DNA from: Bryobacterales bacterium | Lineage (GTDB): Bacteria; Acidobacteriota; Terriglobia; Bryobacterales; UBA6623 | Assembly (NCBI GenBank): GCA_963422375.2 | Contig: OY729428.2 | Span: forward strand, 640,001-704,000 | Reading direction: 5' to 3' | Length of the DNA: 64,000 nt | Shown here: positions 21,145 through 33,488 of the stretch, one piece after another | How positions within the stretch are numbered: the stretch's first letter is position 1 | Layout: each line of letters opens with the position of its first letter | The notes under the pieces: generated by a model | What the model saw: only the letters and a program-made list of their open reading frames with translations | What the model was told of the DNA's origin: nothing | Databases searched by the model: none | Translations under genes and position numbers: made by a program

Positions 21145-21816
21145 GTGGAGGAAGGCGGTTCGGGGGAGACGATCGCGCTCGCGCTAGAGGTCGCGGGGGA
21201 CGGAGACGCGCTGCGCTCCATCTCCGATGTGATCGCCAGACGGGGCGCTCGCGTCACGTGGATCTCGATACTTGACCCGCAGAAGGTCATCGAGACGATT
21301 CTGGTGGAGCTGGTCGGCGTGCCGGACCTGCCCAGCCTGGTCGCGGCGCTCCACGCGCTCGACTGCGTGCGCTCCGCGTCGAGGAAGCACGCGCTGCATC
21401 AGATTTTCGGCAAGCGTATCATCATCATCGGCGGCGGTTCGCAAGTGGGCCAAGTCGCCCTAGGCGCCGTGTCCGAGGCGGACCGGCACAACCTCCGCGG
21501 CGAGCGGATCTCGATCGACACGATTCCGCTGGTCGGGGAGCCGCGACTGGCGGAGGCGGTCCGCGCCACGGCGAGGCTCCCGCGCGTGGAAGCGGTCGTC
21601 CTGGCCGGAGCCCTGATGGGCGGAGAGATCACGGAGGCGGTGAAAGAAGTGCAGGCCAAGGGCCTGCTGGTGATCTCGCTCAACATGGCAGGCTCGGTGC
21701 CGGCCGCGGCCGACCTCGTCGTGACGGACCCGGTCCAGGCCGGCGTCATGGCGGTCATGGCGGTGGCCCACACCGCGGAATTCGACGTCCCGAGGCTCGG
21801 CGGACGCCGCTTCTGA
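21145..21816 (+). CDS. ACT-like + DUF5612 domain protein (archaeal-type putative metabolic regulator)
   Basis: IFGKRIIIIGGGSQVGQVALGAVSEADRHNLRGERISIDTIPLVGE...LAGALMGG...SLNMAGSV...VTDPVQAGVMAVM. Confidence 0.82.
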   Translation: MEEGGSGETIALALEVAGDGDALRSISDVIARRGARVTWISILDPQKVIETILVELVGVPDLPSLVAALHALDCVRSASRKHALHQIFGKRIIIIGGGSQVGQVALGAVSEADRHNLRGERISIDTIPLVGEPRLAEAVRATARLPRVEAVVLAGALMGGEITEAVKEVQAKGLLVISLNMAGSVPAAADLVVTDPVQAGVMAVMAVAHTAEFDVPRLGGRRF

Positions 21817-21864
21817 AGCCGGAGCGACGGCGCGGCACCGTGCCGCGAGTTGGTACACTTTGGC

Positions 21865-22872
21865 TTGCCCGCCAACCGGAGAATCGTCCTCGCATCCCGC
21901 CCCGTCGGCATGCCGACGCCGGACGACTTCCGCCTCGAGGGCAGGCCCGTGCGAGAGCCCTCCGACGGAGAATGCCTCGTGCGCGTGTCGTACCTTTCGG
22001 TCGACCCCTACATGCGGGGGCGGATCAGCGGCCGCAAGTCGTACGCCGCGCCCGTTGCACTCGGGCAGACGATCGTGGGCGCGGCCGTCGGGCGCGTCCT
22101 CCAATCCAAGTGCGAGGAATTCAAGGCCGGGGAGTACGTGACCGGCAACCTCGGCTGGCAGGAGTACGCCACCCCGAGGGCCGACATCCTGCGGCGCGTC
22201 GAACCCGATGCCGCGCCCCTTTCCGCTTACCTCGGCGTGCTCGGCATGCCCGGGCTCACCGCCTACTACGGCCTGCTCAAGGTGGCCGGCGTGTCGCCGG
22301 GCGAGACCGTATGCGTTTCCGGGGCGGCCGGCGCCGTGGGCTCCGCCGTCGGCCAGATCGCGCTTCTGAAGGGCTGCCGGGCGGTCGGCATCGCCGGAGG
22401 CCCGCGCAAGTGCGCGTGGATCGCCGAGAGGCTAGGCTTCGATGCGGCGGTCGACTACAAGGGAGAGGACGTCGGCAGGGCCCTCGCGAGCGCCTGCCCC
22501 GACGGCGTGGACGTGTATTTCGACAACGTCGGCGGCCCCGTGACCGACGCCGTGTTCCCGCATCTTAACGTCAGGTCCCGGGTGGCGATCTGCGGCCAGA
22601 TCTCCCAGTACAATGCCATCGACGCGCCGGTGGGCCCGCGGCTGCTGTGGCATTTCATCGTCAAGCGCATCCGGGCCCAAGGCTTTCTGGTATTCGACTT
22701 CCGGGAGCACGACCGCGAAGCGCTCGCCGAAATGGCCGCCTGGGTCCGCGACGGCCGCGTCAAGTACGCAGAGACCGTCGCGGAAGGCATCGCGAACGCC
22801 CCCGCAGCCTTCATCGGCATGCTCGGCGGCGCAAACACCGGCAAGCAGGTTGTGAAGATCTCCGACGCCTGA
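21865..22872 (+). CDS. NADP-dependent oxidoreductase (CurA/prostaglandin reductase-like MDR)
   Basis: LSVDPYMRGR, LGMPGLTAY, SGAAGAVGS, YFDNVGG, CGQISQYN. Confidence 0.92.
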   Translation: MPANRRIVLASRPVGMPTPDDFRLEGRPVREPSDGECLVRVSYLSVDPYMRGRISGRKSYAAPVALGQTIVGAAVGRVLQSKCEEFKAGEYVTGNLGWQEYATPRADILRRVEPDAAPLSAYLGVLGMPGLTAYYGLLKVAGVSPGETVCVSGAAGAVGSAVGQIALLKGCRAVGIAGGPRKCAWIAERLGFDAAVDYKGEDVGRALASACPDGVDVYFDNVGGPVTDAVFPHLNVRSRVAICGQISQYNAIDAPVGPRLLWHFIVKRIRAQGFLVFDFREHDREALAEMAAWVRDGRVKYAETVAEGIANAPAAFIGMLGGANTGKQVVKISDA

Positions 22873-22901
22873 CCGGCCCGCCAAGGACAAGAAACGAGGA
22901 A

Positions 22902-23330
22902 ATGCACATGACCAAGACCACGAAGGCGCTCCTGCCGCTGCTGCTCTTAGTGCCGCTCGCGGCCAGCGCTGACGATCACGAAGGCCGCGACGGCGACGGG
23001 CGCGTGTTCGAGATGCGCATCTACACCGCCGCCGAGGGCAAGCTGCCCGACCTGATGGCGCGGTTCCGCAACCACACCAACTACCTGTTCGTGAAGCACG
23101 GCATGGACCTGATCGGCTACTGGACGCCCACCGAGGGGGAGGAAGCGGGCAACACGCTGGTCTACCTCCTCGCCCACGACAGCCGCGAGGCCGCCAAGAA
23201 GTCCTGGGCCGGATTCGGATCCGATCCCGCATGGAAGAAGGCCGCGGCCCAATCCCGCCAGGACGGCAGGCTGGTCGCCAAGATCGAGAATCAGTGGCTC
23301 AGGGCCACCGACTTCTCGCCGCTCAAGTAG
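22902..23330 (+). CDS. NIPSNAP family protein, secreted
   Basis: GAGG RBS, signal peptide, FEMRIY, RFRNHT, LVYLLAH, TDFSPLK. Confidence 0.88.
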   Translation: MHMTKTTKALLPLLLLVPLAASADDHEGRDGDGRVFEMRIYTAAEGKLPDLMARFRNHTNYLFVKHGMDLIGYWTPTEGEEAGNTLVYLLAHDSREAAKKSWAGFGSDPAWKKAAAQSRQDGRLVAKIENQWLRATDFSPLK

Positions 23331-23352
23331 CGGGCGGGGCACCCACTCCGCC

Positions 23353-23871
23353 ATGGAATTCGGAGCCGAGTTGGTGCGCGTGGCCCGGCACGAGCTGCGG
23401 GAGGGCTGCGAGCGGATCGGCGCGTGCTTGGACAAGCTGACCGCTGAGCAGATCTGGCATCGCGACCACGCCATCGAGAACTCCGTCGGCAACCTCGTCC
23501 TGCACTTGGCCGGCAACCTCCGCCAGTGGATCGTCAGCGGCGTCGGTGGGGCGGAGGACGTCCGGCGGAGGGACTGGGAGTTCGAAACGCGCGTCCCTCT
23601 CTCGGCCGCTGTGCTCCGACGCAGCCTCTCCGCAGCGGTGGACGCGTCGGACGCGGTGCTTGCCGACCTAGATGCAGCGCGCTTCCTCGAAACGCGACGC
23701 ATCCAGATCTTCGAGGTGACGGTGCTGCACGCAGTCGTTCACGTGCTGACCCACTTCGCCGGGCATACGGGGCAGATCATCTGGGCGACCAAGCACGTCA
23801 CCGGCCAAGACCTCGGATTCTACGCGTACCTCAAGAAGGCCGGCGACAGAACCGTGGACCGCTCCCCCTGA
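23353..23871 (+). CDS. DinB/DUF1572-family protein
   Basis: NSVGNLVLHLAGNLRQW, RDWEF, HFAGHTGQI metal-binding His motifs. Confidence 0.85.
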   Translation: MEFGAELVRVARHELREGCERIGACLDKLTAEQIWHRDHAIENSVGNLVLHLAGNLRQWIVSGVGGAEDVRRRDWEFETRVPLSAAVLRRSLSAAVDASDAVLADLDAARFLETRRIQIFEVTVLHAVVHVLTHFAGHTGQIIWATKHVTGQDLGFYAYLKKAGDRTVDRSP

Positions 23872-23971
23872 ACCGCCGCGCACGGGGGCGCGCCGCCCCG
23901 GTGCCGGGCCGCCCGGCGGGCACCGGGCGCGGGACTACAATGGAACTCAGTTCCGGGAAGCGTTCGGACCG

Positions 23972-26753
<2,782 letters not shown>

Positions 26754-26767
<14 letters not shown>

Positions 26768-27803
26768 CCGGTCGGTTCCCCGGCACCGGGCAACCGGGGC
26801 GGCCGTTGCGGCGCTTGCGGCCGTGCTGGCACCGGCGCGGGGGGCGCTCCTGCACGAGGCGCTCGGGCCGTTCGAGCGGACGCAGGCGCGCCCGTACGAG
26901 ACGTCCGAGCCCGCCATCTTCGACGAGTTCGGCCTCGAGGAGTCCGAGGAAGCGGAGTACAGAACCGCGGACGGCCGCTCGCTGACGATGCGTGCGCTGC
27001 AGTTCTACGACGACACCGGAGCGTTGGCGGCGTTCTCGTGGCTCCGGCCCGCCGGCGCGACGGAAGTCGAGCGAGGCGAGCGGGCCGCGGAGAAGGGGCA
27101 CCTGATCCTGATCCACTTCGCCAACTACGTCGTGTCGATCGAGGGCGACACACCGGACGAGGAGGATGTCGAGGTCGCGCTCGCCTACCTGCCGCGTCCC
27201 AAGCCCACGGCCGACCCGCCGGTGCTGCAGTACGTGCCGGCCGACGCACTGGTTCCCGACAGTGGGCGCCACATTCTGGGTCCGGCCTCGCTAGAGCGGC
27301 TCGCGCCGCAGCTTCCGCCGTCGGTCGTCGGATTCCACTTCGGCACCGAGGGCTACTTCGGCCGCTACCGCATGCCGGGCGGCGAGACGCGCATGATCAT
27401 CTGGACCTATCCGTCCAACCCGATCGCCCGCGGCCAAATCGAGGAGTTTCGCGGGATCGGGAGCGTTGTCGCCAAGCTAGACGGCCCCCTGATCGCCGTC
27501 GTGCTGGACTCGGGCTCGCCGGACGACGCCCAGCAGCTTCTGGCGCGCGTGCGCTACCGAGCGGAGGTGACCCAGCACGTCGAGGAGCAGAAGCGGTACG
27601 ACAACCTGCGGAACATCATCCTCGACACGTTCATCCTGTGCGGCCTGCTCGCCACGCTCATGCTCCTAGGCGGAGTGCTCGTGGCCGGCACTCGCCGGCT
27701 GGCGGGCCGGTTCGCCCCGGACTCCATCCTCGCGCCCCCGCACGGGCCCGACATGCAGCGTCTGGGAATCGACGCCCCTCTCGGGCGCGACGAGCGCGAC
27801 TGA
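26754..27803 (+). CDS. Hypothetical exported protein with C-terminal TM helix
   Basis: Signal peptide, host-like codon use, GFHFGTEG, C-terminal hydrophobic helix; overlaps the secA stop. Confidence 0.7.
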
Positions 27804-27808
27804 CGGCG

Positions 27809-28462
27809 CTACGGCGACGAGCCGACCCCGTCGCCCGACGGGCGGGCACGGTTCCGACGGGCAGCCACGGCCAGCGACCGCGTCCGTCGGTAGGAGGCGA
27901 GCGCCACGGCGCGCATCGCCATGCGGCCGTACGACCAGCCCGAGCACAGGACCATGCCCGCCCCGACGTGCGTCATGAGCCCGAGCGGCAAGGCGGCCAG
28001 CCGCAGCAGCGTGGCGCCGAGAATCACCGCGAGCGCGGCGTCGGTCACCTTGCCGAGCTTGTTGGGCAGCAGCCTGACGCCGAAGCGCCTGTAGACCATC
28101 GTCCAGCCGAGAATGATCGCGCTGTCCCGCGCCACGACGAGCGTCGCGAACCAGTCCGGGAACTGGTCGGTCAAGGCCAGCGTCACGAACGCCGCGCCGA
28201 TGTACAGCTTGTCGGCGATCGGATCGATCATCTCACCGAAGTAGTTGCGGACCGCTAGCTTCCGGCTGCCCTTGCGCGCCAGGTAGCCGTCCAGCATGTC
28301 GCCGGCGTGGAGGAAGGCGACCAGCCAGAAGGCCGCGTAGCGGGACGAGTCGACCTCGGCCGCCCGCCAGATCAGAAACACGATGGCGGGCACGGCGAAT
28401 ACCCGGATCAGGCTGAGACCGTTGGCGAGGGAGACGAGCAGCGCTGCGGACCGCTTCGACAC
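27809..28462 (-). CDS. CDP-alcohol phosphatidyltransferase family protein
   Basis: ANGLSLIR and DMLDGYLAR...GEMIDPIADK signature. Confidence 0.9.
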   Translation of the reverse strand: MSKRSAALLVSLANGLSLIRVFAVPAIVFLIWRAAEVDSSRYAAFWLVAFLHAGDMLDGYLARKGSRKLAVRNYFGEMIDPIADKLYIGAAFVTLALTDQFPDWFATLVVARDSAIILGWTMVYRRFGVRLLPNKLGKVTDAALAVILGATLLRLAALPLGLMTHVGAGMVLCSGWSYGRMAMRAVALASYRRTRSLAVAARRNRARPSGDGVGSSP

Positions 28463-28533
28463 AACTTGGGATTATTATCTTACGACACGAGACCTCGTGC
28501 CATGCTACGGTGCCCGGCGCGGCGGCGGGGTAC

Positions 28534-29472
28534 TCAGCCGGTGCTCTTCGCGCGGCGGTCGCCCGCCCCCGCTGCCTCGTTGACGGCGACCCGCGCGAGA
28601 CGATCACAGCGCTTGGTGTCCGTGCGATCAGGCCCCTTGTTCGCGCCGTCCCAGGTCACGCGATGCCTCGCGACGGCGGATTGCAACTCCCGCCAGAGGT
28701 CCGCGTTCTTGACCGAATCGCCGGAAGCGGTCTTCCAGCCGCGGCGCTCCCAGCCGTGAATCCAGCTCGTGGCACCGTTCCTGACGTAATCGGAATCGAG
28801 CTCCACGGTGACGTTGCACGGTTTCCGTAGGGCCTTGAGGCCGGCGATCACCGCGGTCAAGTGCAGCCGGTTGCTCGTGGTCCGTCTCTCGGACCCGCAC
28901 AATTCCTTCTCGTCGGCTCCGTATTGCAGGATCGCCGCCCAGCCCCCCGGCCCGGGGCTGCTCGCACATGTGCCGCCCGCGATGATCCTGACCTGCTTGC
29001 CGGCATCGATGGCGTCCGGGGCCGCATGCTTCGCCTGCTTGGCAGCTGCGCGGGCAAGGCGGTCGCAGCGGTTGTTGTCCGCGTGGTCGGCATGACCTTT
29101 CACCCAAGTCCAAGTCACCTCGTGCGTCGCAGCCGCCGACAGAAGCTCCTGCCAGAGGTCCGCGTTCTTCACCGGATCGCCGGAAGCTTTCCTCCAGCCT
29201 TGACTTATCCAGCCATGAATCCAAGTCGTGACTCCGTTCCGGACGTACTCCGAGTCCAGCTCCACATTGACTCGGTGCGGCCCGGAAAGGCGCTTAAGCC
29301 CCTGGATGACGGCGGTCATCTCCATGCGATTGTTGGTGGTCCATTTCTCGGAACCGCTGAGCTCCTGCTGCCGGTCCTTCCCGTCCTTGCGGTCGCGCAC
29401 GATGGCCGCCCAGCCGCCCGGGCCGGGATTGCCGAGACAGGAGCCGTCCGTGATGATCTTGGCACGCTTCAT
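28534..29472 (-). CDS. rnhA: Ribonuclease HI with two tandem RNase H domains
   Basis: Domain 1: TDGSCLGNPGPGG, TNNRME, DSEY, WVKGH, NRCD; domain 2 is a homologous but degenerate copy. Confidence 0.92.
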   Translation of the reverse strand: MKRAKIITDGSCLGNPGPGGWAAIVRDRKDGKDRQQELSGSEKWTTNNRMEMTAVIQGLKRLSGPHRVNVELDSEYVRNGVTTWIHGWISQGWRKASGDPVKNADLWQELLSAAATHEVTWTWVKGHADHADNNRCDRLARAAAKQAKHAAPDAIDAGKQVRIIAGGTCASSPGPGGWAAILQYGADEKELCGSERRTTSNRLHLTAVIAGLKALRKPCNVTVELDSDYVRNGATSWIHGWERRGWKTASGDSVKNADLWRELQSAVARHRVTWDGANKGPDRTDTKRCDRLARVAVNEAAGAGDRRAKSTG

Positions 29473-29537
29473 GCCCAATTGGGAATTCTAACCAACGGCG
29501 AGATCCTAGCCGCGACGCCTTCCGCTACGCTGTTGGT

Positions 29538-30830
29538 TTGCCGCCCACACGGAGGTCGTTCCTAGCTGCGCCGTTCGCGCCGGCCCTCTCCAGCGGCGCG
29601 CTCGGCGAGCCCGCGGAGGCATTCGCAGAGCGGCGCCGCAGGCTGGCCGAACGTGTAGGCAGGGGCCTCCTGGCGCTGCTCGGACACGACGAGCACCGCG
29701 GGCGGTCCGGCTTCACGGGCTTCCGCCAAGAAAGCAACTTCCATTACCTCACGGGCCATGCCGAGCCCGGCGCGGCCCTGCTGATCGCACCTGCCCGGGG
29801 AAGGGATCCGTACCGGGAGGCACTGTACCTTCCGCGTCGGGACGCGGGCTCCGAGAAGTGGCTCGGACGCTCGCTGTCGCCCACCGACGCCGGGCACCTA
29901 GGCATTGCGCGGGCTGCCGGCGCCGAACGCCTGCGCCGGGACCTGCGGACTCTGCTGCGGGATCGCAAGATGCTCTTCGGGCTGCGACCGCGGGACATCG
30001 GAGAGACGGGCCGGGAATCCGACCCGCGGCTGGAAGAGCTGGCCGGAACGCGCGACATCCGGGACCTGTGGTCCGAGCTCGCGGCGATGCGCAGCGTCAA
30101 GTCCGAATCCGAGATCGCGCTGCTGCAACGAACGGTCGATGCGACCGCGGCCGCCTACCGCACCGCGTGGAAGGCGGTCGAGTCAGGGACCACCGAGCGC
30201 TCCGTCGTGGCCGAGTTCGTGTGCGGAGCGTTCCGCGCGGGCTGCGAGCGCCTGGCGTTCGCGCCCATGGCGGGAACCGGCGCGAATGCCGCGATCCTGC
30301 ACTATCGCAAGCACTCCTCCGTGCTGCGGGAGGGGCAGCTGCTCCTGATGGACGCGGGCGGCGAGCTCTCGCGCTACTCGGCCGACATCGCCCGCACGGT
30401 TCCGGTCGGCGGCAGGTTCAGCTCCGAGCAGCGCCGCCTGTACGAACTAGTGCTCGGCGCGCAGCACGCAGCGATCGCAGCGGCCGGGCCCGGCACGGTA
30501 CTGAACGGGCCCGGGCCGCGCAGCCTGCTGGCCGTCGCGGAGCGCTACATGCGCGAGCGCGCCCCCCGGGGCGTGGACACGCACCTGCCGCACGCGCTAG
30601 GCCACCACGTGGGCCTCGACGTGCATGATCCCGCCCCGCCCCGGGCCGTGCTGAAGTCAGGCATGGTGGTCGCAATCGAGCCGGGCATCTACCTGCCTAA
30701 GCGAGGAATCGGCATCCGGGTCGAGGACATGGTCGAGATTACGGCCGACGGCTGCCGCGTAATGAGCGGCGGGCTGCCCTCGTCGGTCGACGCGATCGAG
30801 AGGACGGTGCCGACCGCCGAGGCACCGTGA
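29538..30830 (+). CDS. Xaa-Pro aminopeptidase (M24B) with Tat-like signal
   Basis: FRQESNFHYLTG, DAG...ADIART, HHVGLDVHD, IEPGIY, GIRVED; TRRSFL N-terminus. Confidence 0.9.
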   Translation: MPPTRRSFLAAPFAPALSSGALGEPAEAFAERRRRLAERVGRGLLALLGHDEHRGRSGFTGFRQESNFHYLTGHAEPGAALLIAPARGRDPYREALYLPRRDAGSEKWLGRSLSPTDAGHLGIARAAGAERLRRDLRTLLRDRKMLFGLRPRDIGETGRESDPRLEELAGTRDIRDLWSELAAMRSVKSESEIALLQRTVDATAAAYRTAWKAVESGTTERSVVAEFVCGAFRAGCERLAFAPMAGTGANAAILHYRKHSSVLREGQLLLMDAGGELSRYSADIARTVPVGGRFSSEQRRLYELVLGAQHAAIAAAGPGTVLNGPGPRSLLAVAERYMRERAPRGVDTHLPHALGHHVGLDVHDPAPPRAVLKSGMVVAIEPGIYLPKRGIGIRVEDMVEITADGCRVMSGGLPSSVDAIERTVPTAEAP

Positions 30831-30836
30831 GCGCGG

Positions 30837-32030
30837 TCAGCCGAAGCGGCCGGGGGAGCTGTCGCGTCGCGGGGGATGCGCCCGGAGCGCCTCCTCGCGG
30901 GGTTCCGTGCCCCACCCCGGAGAGTCGGGAAGCGCGAGGCGGCCGTTCTCGAGGACGGGCTCGCGGGTGAAGATCTCCCCGTCCCACGGTATCCGGTCGA
31001 CGTCGATCTCCATGATCCGCAAGTTTGGAACGGCAGCGGCGAAGTGCGCGTTTATCATCGTCGCCAGATGCCCGTAAAAGTTGTGCGGAGCGACGTTCAC
31101 TTCGTACGCCTCGGCGCAGGCCGCGATTTTCAGGCTCTGCCAGACGCCGTTCCAGATCGCGTCGATGATCGCGACGTCGACGGCCTCCTCCTCGAAGTAA
31201 GGCAGGAAGCTGCGCATGCCGATCAGTGTCTCGCAGGAGCTCACCGCGCAGCGCGCCTGACGCCGGATATGCGCTAGGGCGCGAGGGTTGCACGTGTCGA
31301 TCTCGGCCCAGAACAGGTCGAATCCGCCGAGGTCGCGCAGAATCTTGAGGAAGCCTTCCGTCGCGCAGTTGAAGTTCAGATCGAGGAGAATGTCGATGTC
31401 CGGGCCCGCGCCGTCGCGCAACGCCTCCAAGTGAGCCCGCAGGTCGCGCAGGATTTCGCGTTCGACGTTCCGCCCCGGTTCAAACGGCGTGCCGAATCCC
31501 GGCCGCCAGCCGCGCGCCGCTGCGGCCCCGTACCGAAACACGTTGGTCTTGAGCGCCGTGAAACCGGCCTCTCGGACTTCCGCTCCGATCGCGCGCACGC
31601 CGGCCAGATCGGCGATGGGAGGCCCGTAGTGCTCCGGGTGGTTGATGCGCCAAGTGGCGCAGTGCGACCAGTACACGCGGATCCGCTCGCGAACCCGCCC
31701 TCCCAGCAGGACGCAGCAAGGCACGCCGAGCGTCTTGGCCTTGGCGTCGAGTAGGGCGTTCTCGATCGCGCCCAGCGCCTGCCCGATCACCCCCCCGGCC
31801 GCGGGCCGCGTCGCGCAGAACAGGTCGGCGCGAATCCGCTCGTGGTCACTTCCTTCGCGGCCCTCGACCCGCTGGGCGAGGCTCCGGATCGCGGCCGTGA
31901 CGCCGGGCGAGCCGAAGTCCTCGTCGTACTCGCTCCAACCCGTGACACCCTCGGCGGTGGTCAGCTTCACAAAATTGTAGTTGCGCCAGCCGGCGTCGCA
32001 ATGGCGGGTCTCGACGGAGACAACCTTCAT
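30837..32030 (-). CDS. Mandelate racemase/muconate lactonizing enzyme family protein
   Basis: MKVVSVET...GWR, AIENALLD, KTN, LDLNFN, APHNFYG, PGWG. Confidence 0.88.
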   Translation of the reverse strand: MKVVSVETRHCDAGWRNYNFVKLTTAEGVTGWSEYDEDFGSPGVTAAIRSLAQRVEGREGSDHERIRADLFCATRPAAGGVIGQALGAIENALLDAKAKTLGVPCCVLLGGRVRERIRVYWSHCATWRINHPEHYGPPIADLAGVRAIGAEVREAGFTALKTNVFRYGAAAARGWRPGFGTPFEPGRNVEREILRDLRAHLEALRDGAGPDIDILLDLNFNCATEGFLKILRDLGGFDLFWAEIDTCNPRALAHIRRQARCAVSSCETLIGMRSFLPYFEEEAVDVAIIDAIWNGVWQSLKIAACAEAYEVNVAPHNFYGHLATMINAHFAAAVPNLRIMEIDVDRIPWDGEIFTREPVLENGRLALPDSPGWGTEPREEALRAHPPRRDSSPGRFG

Positions 32031-32289
32031 TCGGCGTCCATCGTAGCAATGCACCGGGAGCCCGCCCCAAGGTCGATTCCATCTCGTTTGTGGGTCTACG
32101 CCAAGCGGGTCGTGTGTAGAGTCAGTGGACGCTTGGACCGCGCAGCGGCCGATTCTGCGCGGGAGGATGCGCATCGCCCCCGGAAGCGGCCCGTCCTTCG
32201 GGCCCGGGCAGGCCCTCCCGGCAGCACGCGCAAACCGGCCGTTTCCCCGCCCGGTCCCTTGCTGCGGGACCCGCCGGGCCGGCGTTCCA

Positions 32290-33420
32290 AGCTCCGGCCG
32301 ACCGCTCCGCGCGCTGCGGCGTCAGACCGGCGGCCAGTGGTTCGGGTCGGCTGCAGGATCGCCGCCAAGTCGTCCTCGCGCCGCACGCCGAAGTGGATCC
32401 GCGCCTGCGGCACCGCGTCGAATTCCTTGTCCCGGCGGCGCATGATCACCAGCACGAGGTGGCTCGGCGCCGCGGTCGCCAAGGGCCCGTTGCCGGTGCG
32501 GATGCGGCCGGGGTCCTCGCGGAAGGCCACGCCGCGCGAGTAGGGGTTCGCATCCTCCACCACCCGGCGGCCGCGCTGCAGCGTCAGCAGGCGCCGCGCC
32601 CCGACCTGCTCGCGCGTCAGCGACGTGATGCCGTAGAGCACCCCCTCGGTCACCGGCCGTCCTTGGTCTTACGCGTGGGGTGCGTCACGCGGATCGCCTG
32701 GCGCACGTGCCGGAACGCCAGCTCCCCGGGCTCCAAGTCCGCGACCTCGATCAGGTGCTTCTCCTAGCGCCCGAGCGAGCGCGTCCGGCGCTGTGCGTAG
32801 CGGTGCCCCCGCGACCAATCCCAAGCCACCAGCCGTGCCAGAGTGGCCTTGCAGTTGCCCTTGATCATCCGCAGGCAGTCCGCGCCGTGCCGGTCCGCCA
32901 GCGCGGCCTCCGTAGCGAACCCGGCGTGCCCCGCGTCCAAGGTCACTGCCAGCCCGCGCACGTCCACCTCCGCCAGCAGCCCCGGCTCGCCTGCGGGATG
33001 CCGGTCGCGTGGTCCACCAGCGTGACCGTCTCGCAATGCGTGCCTCCCGACGTGAGGCGGTTGGCCCCGCGGATGCGCCTGCCGTCCGCGGCCACGGCCT
33101 CGGGACGCTTGCAGCGCGGCTGCGTCCAGCGCTGGACGACGCGCTCCAGCTCCCCCGGTGCGAGCCGCTCCATGCAAGGAAGGCGGGTCTTCCGGGGGCC
33201 ATGCGAGCGGCCTGCGGGCCGTGGTCTCGTCGGCGACGGTCCCCGCACAGCCGGACCAGCACAGCTTGCCACGGCGTCGCGAGCGCATCCCAGCGATCCC
33301 GACCGACCCGGAGGCATATCGGCGCAGCCTCCATGCCTCGCGCCGGCACGCAACCTTTCGATCCGACGACACGCATGCCTCGAGCGCCCCGTGCCGCGGG
33401 CCGTACAAATACGGGCAGAT
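32290..33420 (-). mobile_element. ISAs1-family transposase pseudogene (boundaries approximate)
   Basis: Degenerate motifs VAADGRRIRGA, VTLDAGH, IKGN, YGITSL, RGRRVVED...VAFRED across several frames. Confidence 0.75.
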
Positions 33421-33488
33421 GAAGAGTCAGCCTAAGGGCCGGGGGCGAGGCGCGGGTCACGGCCGAGAAGGAGGCCGCACCCCGGCGC

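Noticed and set aside
23896..23930. GC hairpin between the DinB gene and secA as an intrinsic terminator
   Set aside because: Stem is present (CCCGGTGCC/GGCACCGGG) but there is no U-tract, so it is not supportable
28534..29472. Double RNase H as part of a retron or retroelement
   Set aside because: No reverse transcriptase or msr/msd-like RNA nearby; flanked by housekeeping genes
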